A DNA stretch of 64,000 nucleotides from assembly GCF_028745505.1 (NCBI RefSeq), contig NZ_JAQZZL010000001.1, positions 1,421,818-1,485,817 of the forward strand, given 5' to 3'. How positions within the stretch are numbered: position 1 is the stretch's first letter; each line of letters opens with the position of its first letter. Positions 45,655-56,813 of this stretch are shown piece after piece. The position numbers and the translations under genes are program-made. A model generated the notes under the pieces. The model was not told the DNA's origin and did not search any database. It saw only the letters and a list, made by a program, of their open reading frames with translations. This DNA comes from Lentisphaera marina. GTDB taxonomy: Bacteria; Verrucomicrobiota; Lentisphaeria; Lentisphaerales; Lentisphaeraceae.

Positions 45655-46905
45655 TTACTTCCTAATGATTTTATATTTATCCATATGGAAAACTGGGCGC
45701 GACCAACCTTCCTTACGTTTTTTTATTCCAGTCATGGCGATCTCCTGCTCATATAAAGTATGCAGGTTTTCTACCTTGCCGATTACATAGCACAGAGGAT
45801 AATACTCTTTGTCAATTTTTACAGCCAAAGCGAAATCAACTATTTGTCTATCTTCACTTCTGACGGGCATGATAATACCTTTGACCGCCGTTTGTCCTTG
45901 TCTAATAGTGAGTGTTACTTCGTCTATGCTACCTAACTCTGCCGTGATCTCTTCCACGGCTTGGCTTTCGAATTCATCGCGGCTTATATCGTTTTTAGCA
46001 TTATTAATGACTTCTATTATTTCTTTACCTCTAAGTATGTCTTCATTTTTATCGTAAATTTCTTTTTCAGCTTGATTGATTTCACTGATTTTACTTTCAT
46101 TATTTTTTTGTAGTTCAGTCAATTTTTTTTCTAGGGCATCCCGCTCTTTTTCAGCAGCGGCAATTTCGTCTCGAAATTCTTGTTTAACTTTTTTGAGCTC
46201 GGCTCGACGCTCCTCGAAATCATAACTTTTTTTAATGGCTGTATTAACTTCTTGGCTCACCTCGTTGTCTGCTGTAGGGTTTGTTGATCTTATAGGTATG
46301 GGCCTAATGTCTTTTGCAGATTTATCTTCAACTTGAGCAATGGATTCTTGCTTCTTTTCAAGTTTGACAAACTGTTTACTAACCCAAGCATGCATCCAGT
46401 TTTGTGCTTTGATTTTAAGCCAAGTGTTATCTTTGCGATAGAGGATCTCGACTCGGGTATTGATAGGAGCTGTACCAAGAGGCGAGAACTCAATGCCAGC
46501 GCCAGCATAGGCCTGTACATTACTTTTGGTGATTTTTCCTTCTTCGTCTACGTTGCTAGCGGCAATCCACGCAGCACTATGTTCAGGAGCGACAATTTGT
46601 AGCCATGATTCTGTTTCTTTGATGACTTCTACCTTGCTGTCGCGTTTGATTCGGTCAATGATTTCAAAACGAACGGAAGGGCGAGCGCGAACATTTAGGC
46701 GATTTGTACTTACGATTCCTTCAATTTTCTCTAATTTGATTTCGGGTATTTCTGAGTTGGCTGGTTTGGCTTCTTTTTCAGCCGAAACTTCTTTTTGAGT
46801 TTCAGTAGCAGTTTTGGGTGCTTCTATCCCCTCGATAGCGGGTTGTTCATAAGGAAAACTTGTGAAGTGGAATATGAGGAAAAGGCTTGTGAATAGATGT
46901 TTCAT
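45655..46905 (-). CDS. Secreted protein with two bacterial SH3-like domains and a central coiled coil
   Basis: Signal peptide; two segments with SH3b-like pattern (RLNVRARPSVRFEIIDRIKRDSKVEVIKETESWLQI; RVEILYRKDNTWLKIKAQNWMHAWV); K/E-rich coiled coil. Confidence 0.4.
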   Translation of the reverse strand: MKHLFTSLFLIFHFTSFPYEQPAIEGIEAPKTATETQKEVSAEKEAKPANSEIPEIKLEKIEGIVSTNRLNVRARPSVRFEIIDRIKRDSKVEVIKETESWLQIVAPEHSAAWIAASNVDEEGKITKSNVQAYAGAGIEFSPLGTAPINTRVEILYRKDNTWLKIKAQNWMHAWVSKQFVKLEKKQESIAQVEDKSAKDIRPIPIRSTNPTADNEVSQEVNTAIKKSYDFEERRAELKKVKQEFRDEIAAAEKERDALEKKLTELQKNNESKISEINQAEKEIYDKNEDILRGKEIIEVINNAKNDISRDEFESQAVEEITAELGSIDEVTLTIRQGQTAVKGIIMPVRSEDRQIVDFALAVKIDKEYYPLCYVIGKVENLHTLYEQEIAMTGIKKRKEGWSRPVFHMDKYKIIRK

Positions 46906-46914
46906 TTAAAAATC

Positions 46915-47613
46915 CTATTTGAGAATAATGAGTGCCAAGCATAATGAGGTTAGCTCTAAGTATTCTCTATGACTATTGATTTGATCTTCAAAATCAAGTT
47001 TTTGAAGCTTGGAACTTATATAGGGAGATGCGAAATAGATAGCGGCAAAGCAAAGAGCGACTGGGATTATCTCTTGAGTGAAAAAGCAGGGTATAACTGC
47101 GAGACCAATAGTTACATAAAGGCACATGTTTTGTAGGTTGGAATCTTTGTTCTGCAGTTCAGTTAAAAACCTAGTACTTAGAGTATAAGCGGGGAATAGT
47201 GGGATGAGGATGAGCCACCAAGTAAGGCCACTGTGAAGTAGGTAGGCAACAGCTACGAGGCGAAAAAGTATGACAACTTGAGTGATGGCAGTTGGCGCTT
47301 GAGCGAGTTTTAAGTTATGAGCCTTGTTAATCGCGTCGCCAAATTTTAGGATATGAAAATTATTAGACCAAGAGAGTAAAGCATTAATTAGAAAACTACC
47401 GACAATAATGGCGCCGGCATTGGATTGTTGTTGGAAAAACAGAATGAACTGAGCACAAAACCACAAAGCGAGCCCATTGAGAAAGCCAGCAAGCGGTAAG
47501 TAAACACAATCCCCGCAATTGAATTCACTGACTTGGTCACGTTTATGGCCAGAGAAAATTGCCCAAGAGCGCTGAAGTGATTCTAAGTGCGTTTTATTTT
47601 CGAAAGTTTTCAA
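46915..47613 (-). CDS. Integral membrane protein of unknown function
   Basis: 232 aa, about 6 TM helices; no motif recognised. Confidence 0.35.
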   Translation of the reverse strand: MKTFENKTHLESLQRSWAIFSGHKRDQVSEFNCGDCVYLPLAGFLNGLALWFCAQFILFFQQQSNAGAIIVGSFLINALLSWSNNFHILKFGDAINKAHNLKLAQAPTAITQVVILFRLVAVAYLLHSGLTWWLILIPLFPAYTLSTRFLTELQNKDSNLQNMCLYVTIGLAVIPCFFTQEIIPVALCFAAIYFASPYISSKLQKLDFEDQINSHREYLELTSLCLALIILK

Positions 47614-47826
47614 GATTGGCTATCTCCATAATGTTTTCGCTAAAGTAGCATAAGGACTTTGTTTATCACCTAAAGAAATTCTCGCTTTCTTGAAAAAAGC
47701 TTAGAAAGTAAGCTCTCTCGTCCAGCGAATGAAGCTTTTTAATCTTTACCGTGGCTTTTTGCACTTGAGAATTGATATATTCAGCCAGTCTTCCATATTT
47801 AGGCTAATTAAATTAAAGGACTTCAA

Positions 47827-50643
47827 ATGGAAGATATTTTTATTAAAGGAGCTCGTCATCACAATCTGAAAAATGTTGATGTGCGCATTCCGCGAAATAA
47901 ACTAGTAGTTGTAACGGGGTTGAGTGGCTCAGGGAAATCTTCCCTGGCGTTTGATACTCTATATGCAGAAGGGCAAAGACGTTATGTCGAGAGTCTTTCA
48001 TCCTATGCGCGTCAGTTTATGGATCAAATGGAAAAACCCGAAGTGGAGCAGATTACAGGTCTTTCACCTGCCATTGCCATTGAGCAGCGAGGGGGCGTTG
48101 GTAGTCCTCGTTCCATAGTAGCAACTAGTACGGAAATTTATGATTATTTGCGTCTCATGTACGCTCACGTCGGAAAGCGTCATTGTCCCCAATGTGGTGA
48201 ACGAGTGCAGAGCCAGAGTGCCGAAGCGATTGTGCGCAAAGCGCAAAGTTTTCCAGATGGAAAAAAAATGATGATCTTGGCGCCTTTAATAGAAGGGCGC
48301 AAAGGCAAGCATAAGGAAGTTTTTGAAAAAGCCGTTCGAGATGGTTTTGCACGAGTTCGCGTTGACGGAGAAATGTGCCGTCTCGAAGATGTTCCTGATT
48401 TAGATAAGAATTTTAAACACAGCATTGATTTAGTAGTCGATCGTATTAAAACAGGTTCTAAAAGTAGTCGATTGACAGACTCTGTTGAAACAGCACTTAC
48501 CTATGGTGGTGGATCAATAATTTTTCAGGTCGAAAATGAAGGTAGCGATTGGGATGAGCATAAATTATCGGAGCACCTCGCCTGTGATGCTTGTAGTATT
48601 AGTTTTTCAGAGCTTCAACCTAGAGATTTCTCTTTTAATAGTCCCTATGGTGCTTGTGGTGAATGTCATGGTTTAGGATCTGTTCAAACACTTGATATAG
48701 ACATGATTGTCCCCGACAAGCATAAGGCAGTAAAAGATGCTTTCCCCTTTTGGAAAAAAGGGCCTCGTCGCTTGGTCTTTTACTATAAAAACCTTTTAGA
48801 ATCAGTCGGGAAAGCTTATGATTTTGAATTGACCACACGCTTCGAAGACTTGTCGGAGAAGCAACGAGATGTCTTGTTGTACGGCACCGGGAAAGCCATT
48901 CGCATGGTTTACAAAAATGCCGGGCGTTGGTATGACGTCAATAAACCCTTTGAAGGAGTCGCAAGAAATATTACTCGTCGTATGAATGAGACTGGGTCAG
49001 AGCGACAACGTGAAAAAATTCTTAGTCTTATGGTGCGTCGCGAATGTAATTCTTGTCATGGCGATCGCCTGAAACCGGAATCCTTAGCCGTTACCGTAAA
49101 GGATATGCCAATTAATCATTTTTTACGCATGTCTATTGCAGAGGCTGCCGATTTTATTAAGAATTTGGATTTTAATGAAACTGAAAAAGTTATTGCTGGG
49201 GAAGTGAGTCGTGAAATAGATTCGCGCTTGGGCTTTCTCAATTCAGTTGGACTCAATTATCTTAACTTAAATCGCGAATCTTCATCCTTGTCGGGTGGTG
49301 AAGCACAGCGAATTCGTTTGGCGACGCAATTAGGAGCTGGATTGGTAGGGGTACTGTACATCTTGGATGAACCGAGTATTGGCCTTCACCAAAGGGATAA
49401 TGATCGTCTGTTAGCGACTTTGGAACATTTACGTGCCCTTGGAAATACCGTGGTAGTCGTGGAGCATGATACAGATACAATTTTGCGTGCAGACTACTTA
49501 ATTGACATGGGCCCCATGGCGGGGCGTCTAGGCGGTGAGATTGTTTTTGCGGGACCTCCAAAAGATATCATGAAAGCAGATACATTGACGGCTCAATACA
49601 TGAGTGGTCGCAAAGAGATTGCGGTTCCCGCAAAAAGAGAAAAAGGCAATGGCAAAAGTATCAAAATTAAAGCAGCTGAGTCTAACAACTTACAAAAAGT
49701 GAATGTCAGTGTTCCCTTAGGACGTTTTGTCTGTGTTACAGGTGTCTCGGGTTCAGGGAAATCGACTCTAGTGCATGAGATCTTAAAGAAGAGTATAAAT
49801 AAACATTTGGGTATTGGTAGAGAACGCCCAGGAAAAGTACGCTCTGTTGAGGGCCTTGAAGAGATAGATAAACAAATTGTGATTACTCAGTCTCCCATAG
49901 GCAAAACTCCACGTTCGAATCCGGCGACATATACGGGTGCCTTTGATCACATTCGAACTCTTTATGCTTCCACACCAGATGCAAAAGCACGCGCCTATAA
50001 GCCTGGACGTTTCAGTTTTAATGTTAAGGGTGGGCGTTGCGAAGAATGCAAAGGTGATGGTTATCGCAAAATTGAAATGAATTTCCTCCCAGATGTTTTT
50101 GTTGAATGTGAAGTTTGTCGTGGACGACGTTATAATACCGAGACCTTGAGTGTGCTTTATAAAGGACGTAGTATTGCTGATGTTCTAGAAATGACCATAG
50201 ACGAAGCTTATGAGTTTTTTGACAAAGTACCCAAACTCAAAAAGATTTTAGGGACATTGGAAGAAGTCGGCTTGGGGTATCTGCACATGGGGCAGGCTGC
50301 GACTACTTTGTCCGGTGGAGAAGCTCAGCGAGTGAAATTAGCTTCGGAGTTATGTCGTATTCCTCGTGGTCACACTATGTATATTCTCGATGAACCGACA
50401 ACGGGTTTACATATCGCTGATATTGACCGTCTTTTACAGGTACTTCACCGTTTGCGTGATGCAGGCAATAGTTTAATTGTCATTGAGCACAACCTTGACG
50501 TAATAAAAACGGCAGACTGGATCATAGATATGGGTCCAGAGGGTGGTGCTGGCGGAGGTCAAGTGATGGTCAGTGGGACTCCAGAAAAAGTTGCAAAATG
50601 CGCAGGATCTCATACGGGGCATTACTTAAAAGAGATCCTCTAG
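47827..50643 (+). CDS. uvrA: Excinuclease ABC subunit A
   Basis: 938 aa; two ABC ATPase modules ([14 protein letters not shown]; [11 protein letters not shown]), zinc-finger cysteines (CPQCG, CDAC, CGEC..HG, CEEC..C..CRG) and overall UvrA collinearity. Confidence 0.95.
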   Translation: MEDIFIKGARHHNLKNVDVRIPRNKLVVVTGLSGSGKSSLAFDTLYAEGQRRYVESLSSYARQFMDQMEKPEVEQITGLSPAIAIEQRGGVGSPRSIVATSTEIYDYLRLMYAHVGKRHCPQCGERVQSQSAEAIVRKAQSFPDGKKMMILAPLIEGRKGKHKEVFEKAVRDGFARVRVDGEMCRLEDVPDLDKNFKHSIDLVVDRIKTGSKSSRLTDSVETALTYGGGSIIFQVENEGSDWDEHKLSEHLACDACSISFSELQPRDFSFNSPYGACGECHGLGSVQTLDIDMIVPDKHKAVKDAFPFWKKGPRRLVFYYKNLLESVGKAYDFELTTRFEDLSEKQRDVLLYGTGKAIRMVYKNAGRWYDVNKPFEGVARNITRRMNETGSERQREKILSLMVRRECNSCHGDRLKPESLAVTVKDMPINHFLRMSIAEAADFIKNLDFNETEKVIAGEVSREIDSRLGFLNSVGLNYLNLNRESSSLSGGEAQRIRLATQLGAGLVGVLYILDEPSIGLHQRDNDRLLATLEHLRALGNTVVVVEHDTDTILRADYLIDMGPMAGRLGGEIVFAGPPKDIMKADTLTAQYMSGRKEIAVPAKREKGNGKSIKIKAAESNNLQKVNVSVPLGRFVCVTGVSGSGKSTLVHEILKKSINKHLGIGRERPGKVRSVEGLEEIDKQIVITQSPIGKTPRSNPATYTGAFDHIRTLYASTPDAKARAYKPGRFSFNVKGGRCEECKGDGYRKIEMNFLPDVFVECEVCRGRRYNTETLSVLYKGRSIADVLEMTIDEAYEFFDKVPKLKKILGTLEEVGLGYLHMGQAATTLSGGEAQRVKLASELCRIPRGHTMYILDEPTTGLHIADIDRLLQVLHRLRDAGNSLIVIEHNLDVIKTADWIIDMGPEGGAGGGQVMVSGTPEKVAKCAGSHTGHYLKEIL

Positions 50644-50700
50644 GAAAATGTATCAGCTTCTTTTTTTTCTAGAATTTATCTAGGGATTATGTAAATAAAA

Positions 50701-50733
50701 AGCCTTCAATGATTACTCATTGAAGGCTTTTTT
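50701..50733 (+). terminator. Bidirectional rho-independent terminator between convergent uvrA and the K/E-rich repeat gene
   Basis: Stem AGCCTTCAATG-attact-CATTGAAGGCT followed by T6 and preceded by A5. Confidence 0.8.
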
Positions 50734-50749
50734 GTGATAATTATAAATC

Positions 50750-51214
50750 TTAGGGGCGTTGAGGTTCAATACCTTCAGGCTTTACATCATTATTTGCTTT
50801 AGGCCCTTTTTTCCCATCTTTCCCTTTTTCACCATTCTCTCCTCGTTTCTTTTTCATTTCTTCAAAGAAAGCCTTTTTCTCTTCGTCACTCATGCCTTCG
50901 AGTTTTTTCTTTATTTCTTCTTTGCCTTTCCCATCCATGCCGCCTTTTCCGCCACGCTTCTCTCGCATTTCTTTGATGAACGCTTGCTTCTCTTCGGCGC
51001 TCATATTTTTCATCTTCTCTTGTATTTCTGCGCGACGTTTTTGCATTTTTTCTTTGAAGGCAGCTTTTTCTTCATCACTCATGCCCTGCATGCGTTTTTC
51101 CATGGCAGCTTTGCGATCACCGCCTTTTTTTCCTTTGCCTTTTTTCTTTTCTTCTTCAGCAAAAATATTGAAACTAAGGAGAAGTGATATGGTAAGGATA
51201 ATTATTTTATTCAT
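50750..51214 (-). CDS. Secreted lysine/glutamate-rich tandem-repeat protein (possible Spy/CpxP-like periplasmic chaperone)
   Basis: Signal peptide MNKIIILTISLLLSFNIFA; three copies of about 25-aa repeat MSxEEKxAFxxEMxxKRxE; AAGGAA SD; the + strand ORFs over the same DNA are Phe-rich antisense artefacts. Confidence 0.45.
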   Translation of the reverse strand: MNKIIILTISLLLSFNIFAEEEKKKGKGKKGGDRKAAMEKRMQGMSDEEKAAFKEKMQKRRAEIQEKMKNMSAEEKQAFIKEMREKRGGKGGMDGKGKEEIKKKLEGMSDEEKKAFFEEMKKKRGENGEKGKDGKKGPKANNDVKPEGIEPQRP

Positions 51215-51298
51215 GATGGCGTTCCTTTTAATTAAATTGTTTAAAGCTATATCGCAGTAAAAAACTCTAATCTTTCAGCAAAATTGAAAAAATCCTAT

Positions 51299-52639
51299 TT
51301 ACATTAATATGTCTGTTGCAACATCGCCATATACATCGGTAGGACGAAAGTCCCGTCCAGCGTATTTATAAGTTAATTTTTCATGATTTAAGCCCATTAA
51401 ATGAAGTATCGTGGCATGCCAATCATGAATTGATAAACGACCGCTTACGGCCTCGTAGCCAAATTCATCGGTAGCACCATAGCGAAAACCACCCTTGACT
51501 CCGCCACCAGCCATCCAAGTTGTAAAACCTTTAGGGTTATGATCGCGACCATCCATATTTGGTGATTCAGGAGTGCGACCAAATTCCGTGCACCAAACAA
51601 TGAGGGTGTCTTTTAATAGTCCCCTTTGTTTCAGATCTGTGAGTAGGCCTGCAATAGGTTTATCAATTTCGCTACATCTTGCAGTTAGATCATTTTTAAG
51701 GTTTGAGTGATGATCCCAACCGCCATGGCCAAGTTCAATATAGCGGGCTCCCGCTTCAGCAAAGCGACGAGCTAAAAGGCATTGACGCCCGACCTTTGAA
51801 CTATTCTCATTATCGATTCCATAGAGTGATAACATCTTCTTTGATTCTTTACTGATGTCAAGTATTGCTGGCATCGAACTTTGCATACGAAAAGCCATTT
51901 CGTAGGAATCTTGGATAGCGCTGACTCCAGGGTTATACCTGTCTTTCTGAAGTTTTTTCTTGTTTAGATTGGAGATAAAGTTGAGCTGTTTACTCTGAAG
52001 CTTTGTTGAGAAAGACTCATTTTTAATGTTTGGAAATGAGCTTGGGTCGCCTGAAGCTCGGTTGCCACGAATCGGACTGCCGACTGCAGTCCCCTGATAC
52101 TTTGAGGGTAAGAAGGCGCTGCTGAAATGAGCCCCATCACCAGCCCCAGGGTTTAAGGAAATGAAGCCCGGTATGGATTTATTTTCACTTCCGAGACCAT
52201 ACATTACCCAAGCTCCTAATGAAGGACGTGCAAACTGTACATTGCCAGTATGTATTTTTGTTTGTGCTTGAGGATGATTTGGTTGATCTGTTGAGTGACC
52301 GTGGAGTAAGCAGAGTTCATCGGCATGTTTTCCTAGCTCAGGAAAAAGAGTGGAGATGGGCAGGCCGCTTTTGCCGAAGCGCTTAAACTCCTTTATGGGT
52401 GGCATGAGCTTGCGCCCATATTTTCCGCGCTCACCAGCTTTTTTAATTAAATTTACTTTGTAATCAAATGTATCTACATGAGAAGTGGCTCCTCCCATAT
52501 TAATAACTATGATGCGTTTAGCTCGAGCGTTGAAGTGCGGTTTTTGTGAGCTTTGCCCATTGGCGAAAATATTTAAATTGAGGCCAGTGAGTGCGGCTGT
52601 GGAACCTAGGTTTATAAATTGTCTGCGATTAAAATTCAT
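51299..52639 (-). CDS. DUF1501 family protein (sulfatase-like fold) with Tat signal
   Basis: N-terminal twin-arginine motif NRRQFINLGSTAALTG; conserved DUF1501 blocks (HSTDQPNHP, GGWDHH); pairs with the DUF1553 protein as in PVC-superphylum genomes. Confidence 0.75.
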   Translation of the reverse strand: MNFNRRQFINLGSTAALTGLNLNIFANGQSSQKPHFNARAKRIIVINMGGATSHVDTFDYKVNLIKKAGERGKYGRKLMPPIKEFKRFGKSGLPISTLFPELGKHADELCLLHGHSTDQPNHPQAQTKIHTGNVQFARPSLGAWVMYGLGSENKSIPGFISLNPGAGDGAHFSSAFLPSKYQGTAVGSPIRGNRASGDPSSFPNIKNESFSTKLQSKQLNFISNLNKKKLQKDRYNPGVSAIQDSYEMAFRMQSSMPAILDISKESKKMLSLYGIDNENSSKVGRQCLLARRFAEAGARYIELGHGGWDHHSNLKNDLTARCSEIDKPIAGLLTDLKQRGLLKDTLIVWCTEFGRTPESPNMDGRDHNPKGFTTWMAGGGVKGGFRYGATDEFGYEAVSGRLSIHDWHATILHLMGLNHEKLTYKYAGRDFRPTDVYGDVATDILM

Positions 52640-52648
52640 GGGTCTCTC

Positions 52649-55099
52649 CTAATTGAGGTAGCGGAATTCTGAGCTGGCAAAAAGTGCTTGAACGACAGCG
52701 GCGAGTGATTTAGCTTTTCTTTCATTTGTGGTCTTTTGACGCATCTCTGAGCTTTGATAAAAATTTTGATAGAGTTGTCGGGCTCCAATGAGTTCACCAG
52801 AGTCAGCTTGTCGTGCGAGACAAATGATAAAAGCGGTTTGGATCTGTTTGTCCAGATCGGAATTATGTTTGATGAGCCTTTGTGCCGTGAGTTCGCTACT
52901 TGTAATAACAAAGTCATTATTGAGCATATATAGAGCTTGAGCTGCATTATTGTTGATTTCTCTTTTACTTGCGGTGGTCATTGATTCGGGAAAATCGAAA
53001 GTTTTGAGAAAATCAGGTAGGAAATCTCGAACCACAGGTAGATAGATGGAGCGATAAGGGGCACTAATATCTATGGTGAGTTGACCTGCTCGACCAATGG
53101 TGGTCTGGCCTTTCTCAGCAACTTGAGAACCAATGGGTTGAGAAATAATAATTTCACCTGAGATTTGTAGAATGGCATCGCGGATGGATTCCGCTTCTAT
53201 TCGTCGTTTATCGATTCTCCAAAACTGCTCATTATCAGGGTCAATTTTGAAGTTATTGGCATTGTATTCAGAACTACTGCGGTAGGCTCTACTAAGTACG
53301 ATGTTTTTAATAATACCTTTAAGTGACCAATTATTTGTCATGAATTTAAGAGCTAAAAAGTCGAGGAGTTCTTGATTGGTAGGAGCGGTCCCGGTGAGGC
53401 CAAAGTTGTCCGTGCTACGAACGATGGCTTGACCCATGAGTTTCATCCAAATGCGATTTACCATAACACGTGCGGTTAGAGGGTTGTCTTTTGAGGTGAT
53501 CCATTGAGCTAGTTCTAAACGGCCATTTGAACTTTGATTAATCGTCATGTCATATGGAGCAACAAGCTTAATAAATCCACGTGCAACTTCCTGGCCAGGA
53601 CGATGAACTTCGCCACGTTCAAGGATTTTTGCATTTTGCAGTTCCCCAGGTTGAGTACCCATGCAGTAGGCGATAGGACGTCCGTTACTGTCCACGGAAT
53701 TAATCTTTTCTTGTATGGCAAAATATTGATTTTGTGAACGAGCAATGTCGCGTTGGATTTGGTTGTTGTCAACGTTTTGCATATTGCGAGAATTTCTGCG
53801 AGCCATGCGAGCTACTTGCATATCCTCCTGGGCTTTTGTGAGTTGTTCTTTGATTTGACTTATATCACTGGGGCTCATGGGGGCTGTGATATTCCTTTCC
53901 ATATACACGGGAAGTTTTATGTGCGTACTGGGGTGTTTATTTTGAGCATTAGGTGTTGTGCCATAGAAGGTTTTTGTACTTTGAAAAATGCCTGCAAGAG
54001 CATAATAATCACTTTGAGGTATGGCGTCGAATTTGTGGTCATGGCAGCGTGCACAGGCAACGGAAATCCCCATGATCCCACGTGTCACCAAATCAATTTG
54101 TTCATCTACCATTTCAGCATTGAATTTGCGTTGGTCATCTTCGGGTAAAGCTTTAGAGCCCATGGCCAAAAAAGAAGTGGCGATTAAATTCTCGGCCCAT
54201 TTTTGATCGCTCGTGGTTTTGATTAAATCCCCTGCAATTTGCTCACGAATAAATTGATCATAGGGCTTGTCTTGATTAAAAGATTCAATCACATAATCCC
54301 GATAACGCCAAGCATGGGGGTAGGTCATATTTCTACCTTGTCCAGTGGATTCCGCATAGCGTGCAATGTCGAGCCAGTGGCGTCCCCATTTTTCCCCAAA
54401 ATGAGGGCTTTTTAAGAGTTCATCAACTGTATTATAAATAGTGGACTCAGCGTTCTTTTCATAGTTAGTGTTGAATTTGTTGATTTCACCAGGTGAAGGG
54501 GGGAGGCCTATTAAATCAAAATAAAGTCTTCTAACAAGTGTCTGGGAGCTCGCTTCAGGTGTGATTTGTAGATTGTTTTCTTGGAGATGGAAGTAAACAT
54601 ATCTATCAATTTCAAGTTGATTCCATTGTGAATTATTATTGCTAGGAGAAGGTGAATATTTTGGTTTCTGCATAGACCAAAATTCTCGTCCTTCTCGAAT
54701 ATCATTTCTCGTCACGGTGCTTTTTACAACAATTTTTTCTTGCTCACGGGGGTCCGGTGCTCCCATGAGAATCCATTTTTTGAAGTCCGCAATCACACTA
54801 TCCGGCATCGGCTCTTTGGGAGGCATTTCGGATACTTCATAGGTGATCGCTAGCCAAAGTTCACTATCATCTAATTTGCCTGGTACAATGGCTGGACCAG
54901 AATCTCCTCCGACTAAAAGGCCATGTTTAGAATCGAGAACTAAGCCACCTTTAACTTTATTCTCTTTATCGGAGTGACAGCGATAGCAGTATTTTTCTAA
55001 AGCTGGGCGGATTTTCTTTTCAAAAAACACTATGCCTTCATTTGCTCGTAGCAAAGGAGAAGAAATTAGCATCGCAGTGATAAGGGATATGTATTTCAT
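52649..55099 (-). CDS. Planctomycete-type cytochrome c (PSCyt) / DUF1549 / DUF1553 multidomain protein
   Basis: Signal peptide from MKYISLITAMLISSPLLRA (ATG 55099; the six-frame ORF extends to 55237); haem motif CYRCH in the N-terminal PSCyt-like domain; large DUF1549/DUF1553-like body. Confidence 0.7.
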   Translation of the reverse strand: MKYISLITAMLISSPLLRANEGIVFFEKKIRPALEKYCYRCHSDKENKVKGGLVLDSKHGLLVGGDSGPAIVPGKLDDSELWLAITYEVSEMPPKEPMPDSVIADFKKWILMGAPDPREQEKIVVKSTVTRNDIREGREFWSMQKPKYSPSPSNNNSQWNQLEIDRYVYFHLQENNLQITPEASSQTLVRRLYFDLIGLPPSPGEINKFNTNYEKNAESTIYNTVDELLKSPHFGEKWGRHWLDIARYAESTGQGRNMTYPHAWRYRDYVIESFNQDKPYDQFIREQIAGDLIKTTSDQKWAENLIATSFLAMGSKALPEDDQRKFNAEMVDEQIDLVTRGIMGISVACARCHDHKFDAIPQSDYYALAGIFQSTKTFYGTTPNAQNKHPSTHIKLPVYMERNITAPMSPSDISQIKEQLTKAQEDMQVARMARRNSRNMQNVDNNQIQRDIARSQNQYFAIQEKINSVDSNGRPIAYCMGTQPGELQNAKILERGEVHRPGQEVARGFIKLVAPYDMTINQSSNGRLELAQWITSKDNPLTARVMVNRIWMKLMGQAIVRSTDNFGLTGTAPTNQELLDFLALKFMTNNWSLKGIIKNIVLSRAYRSSSEYNANNFKIDPDNEQFWRIDKRRIEAESIRDAILQISGEIIISQPIGSQVAEKGQTTIGRAGQLTIDISAPYRSIYLPVVRDFLPDFLKTFDFPESMTTASKREINNNAAQALYMLNNDFVITSSELTAQRLIKHNSDLDKQIQTAFIICLARQADSGELIGARQLYQNFYQSSEMRQKTTNERKAKSLAAVVQALFASSEFRYLN

Positions 55100-55502
55100 T
55101 GTAACCTTGAGTTTATATGTCTTTATATTCTCAATCGTGTCAATGAAAGGAAATCTTTCATGAAAAACAATATATTTTATGAGATATAACTTTACTAGGT
55201 TTTTATAAACTGGCTGGAAAATTTTTTTCAAACTCAAAATACTATTGAGATTAGTTTGAGAATGACTGTTTGGTTTAAAGAAATCGTTAGTTTGGAGTAG
55301 TCTATCAAGACTGAGCCGGGCATGTTTTGTGTATTCTTAATTATAAAATGTAGTTTAAATATTTTGACGTATTTGATTAATGAAAATGTGCCAAGCTTTA
55401 TAAGAGAGTAGGGTATACTCGATAATAGGCTTGGCATAATTTTTTAACAGCTCTTGAATATGAACTGTTCTGATGAGTTACTTGTATTGTAGCTAGAGAT
55501 TT

Positions 55503-56468
55503 TTACTTAATGCTAGCAGTGGCTGTTTCTACGGGGGCTGAAAAGTGTATGGAGCAATCTTGAGCTATTTTTCCGCCGCTAGCTGTAACAGTGAGCTCAA
55601 ATTTTTTCAAGTTAGTTAAGTCGATACCTGGGTTGAGGACTAGTTTGCCAGACTTTATTGAACATAGGCTTGCATCTGGGCCACTAAGTTTAAATTCGGT
55701 GTCGAAACCAAAGTTGAGAGAACTGAGTTTGATCTCGGCAATTTGAATTTCTTTCTCAATTAAACGAGCAGGTAGGCTAAGGCTTTTAGACTTAAAGCTA
55801 ATAAGTGGGCTGTCCCAATATTCAATATTATCAATAAGCCCTTTGAAGTTGGCTGTGCCTACGGTACTTGATCCGATACTAAGTTTGGATTTTGCTGCTT
55901 TGTATTCAGTATATGTATCCACTTTTAGTTCACCATTTTGCCAGATTTGTAAACGACCTTGATCAAGGTTTTCTGGGTTCACATCATCGGCATTATATGA
56001 AATGAGAAACTGTTCCCATTGATTTTCTACTACCGGGGCAATCTGGTTTTTTGTCCAAGTCATCCCACCGCCTTTTGTCCAAAGCTCCCAGTTTCCACGA
56101 GGGCTCATGTAGAGTGCAAATCCATCCCTTTCTCTAGCGTAGAAAATAGCACGATATTTTCCGTCCTTTTTAATAACCGGCTTTGCGTGAGCTAACAAGC
56201 TAAAGGATGGAGTATTAAAATCTTCATGAGCAGTAATGAGCATCATGCTATCTTCGACACCACTAAATTCAGCAGCAAACTTAGTTCTTGCATCAAAACC
56301 CTTTTTGCCAAATTTAGCAGCAGGGCCAATCATTTTAATATGATGGCCTCTAGAGTTAGAGTCATCTAGCTTTTTTTTACTACTGTCAAATTTCCAGCTG
56401 GAAATTTGACCAGCAAAAATTTGAGTACTTAAGCCAATTAGGCATAAAATAAATTTATTTGATTTCAT
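55503..56468 (-). CDS. Secreted hypothetical protein, probable concanavalin-A/LamG-like jelly-roll plus Ig-like C-terminal domain
   Basis: Signal peptide MKSNKFILCLIGLSTQIFA; beta-rich composition; no catalytic motif identified. Confidence 0.35.
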   Translation of the reverse strand: MKSNKFILCLIGLSTQIFAGQISSWKFDSSKKKLDDSNSRGHHIKMIGPAAKFGKKGFDARTKFAAEFSGVEDSMMLITAHEDFNTPSFSLLAHAKPVIKKDGKYRAIFYARERDGFALYMSPRGNWELWTKGGGMTWTKNQIAPVVENQWEQFLISYNADDVNPENLDQGRLQIWQNGELKVDTYTEYKAAKSKLSIGSSTVGTANFKGLIDNIEYWDSPLISFKSKSLSLPARLIEKEIQIAEIKLSSLNFGFDTEFKLSGPDASLCSIKSGKLVLNPGIDLTNLKKFELTVTASGGKIAQDCSIHFSAPVETATASIK

Positions 56469-56741
56469 AATATTTAATTCTTATGTTTTGACGTTATATA
56501 AAATGTTATTCATTTCTTAATACGGTTGGTAAACAACAAATCTTTCCTGTGGCAACAAGAAATATTAAATTTTTCTTAAAAAAATTATAAAACCTTCATC
56601 TTTACACCTCTCTTTTCTCCATTTCCCACCCAAAAAATTCTTTTACAGATAAGTATAGTTTTATGTGTGGTGGAGTCAAAAATTCTTTTGTAAGAAAAGT
56701 GTAAAGTTTGTATTAAGGGATGAAGTCGTTGTGAAATGCTC

Positions 56742-56775
56742 AAAAAAAAATCCCCTCATTTAAAATGAGAGGAGA
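56742..56775 (-). terminator. Rho-independent terminator downstream of queA
   Basis: Minus-strand stem CCTCTCAT-tttaaa-ATGAGGGG followed by T9. Confidence 0.65.
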
Positions 56776-56813
56776 TGAAAAAACAAGCTGACTTAATGTG
56801 TAGTAGGCAAAGC

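Noticed and set aside
50759-51260. Two plus-strand Phe-rich ORFs (142 and 122 aa) overlapping the K/E-rich repeat gene
   Set aside because: The minus-strand frame has a signal peptide, an SD sequence and a convergent terminator. The plus-strand frames are poly-Phe/Ser translations of the antisense of lysine/glutamate codons.
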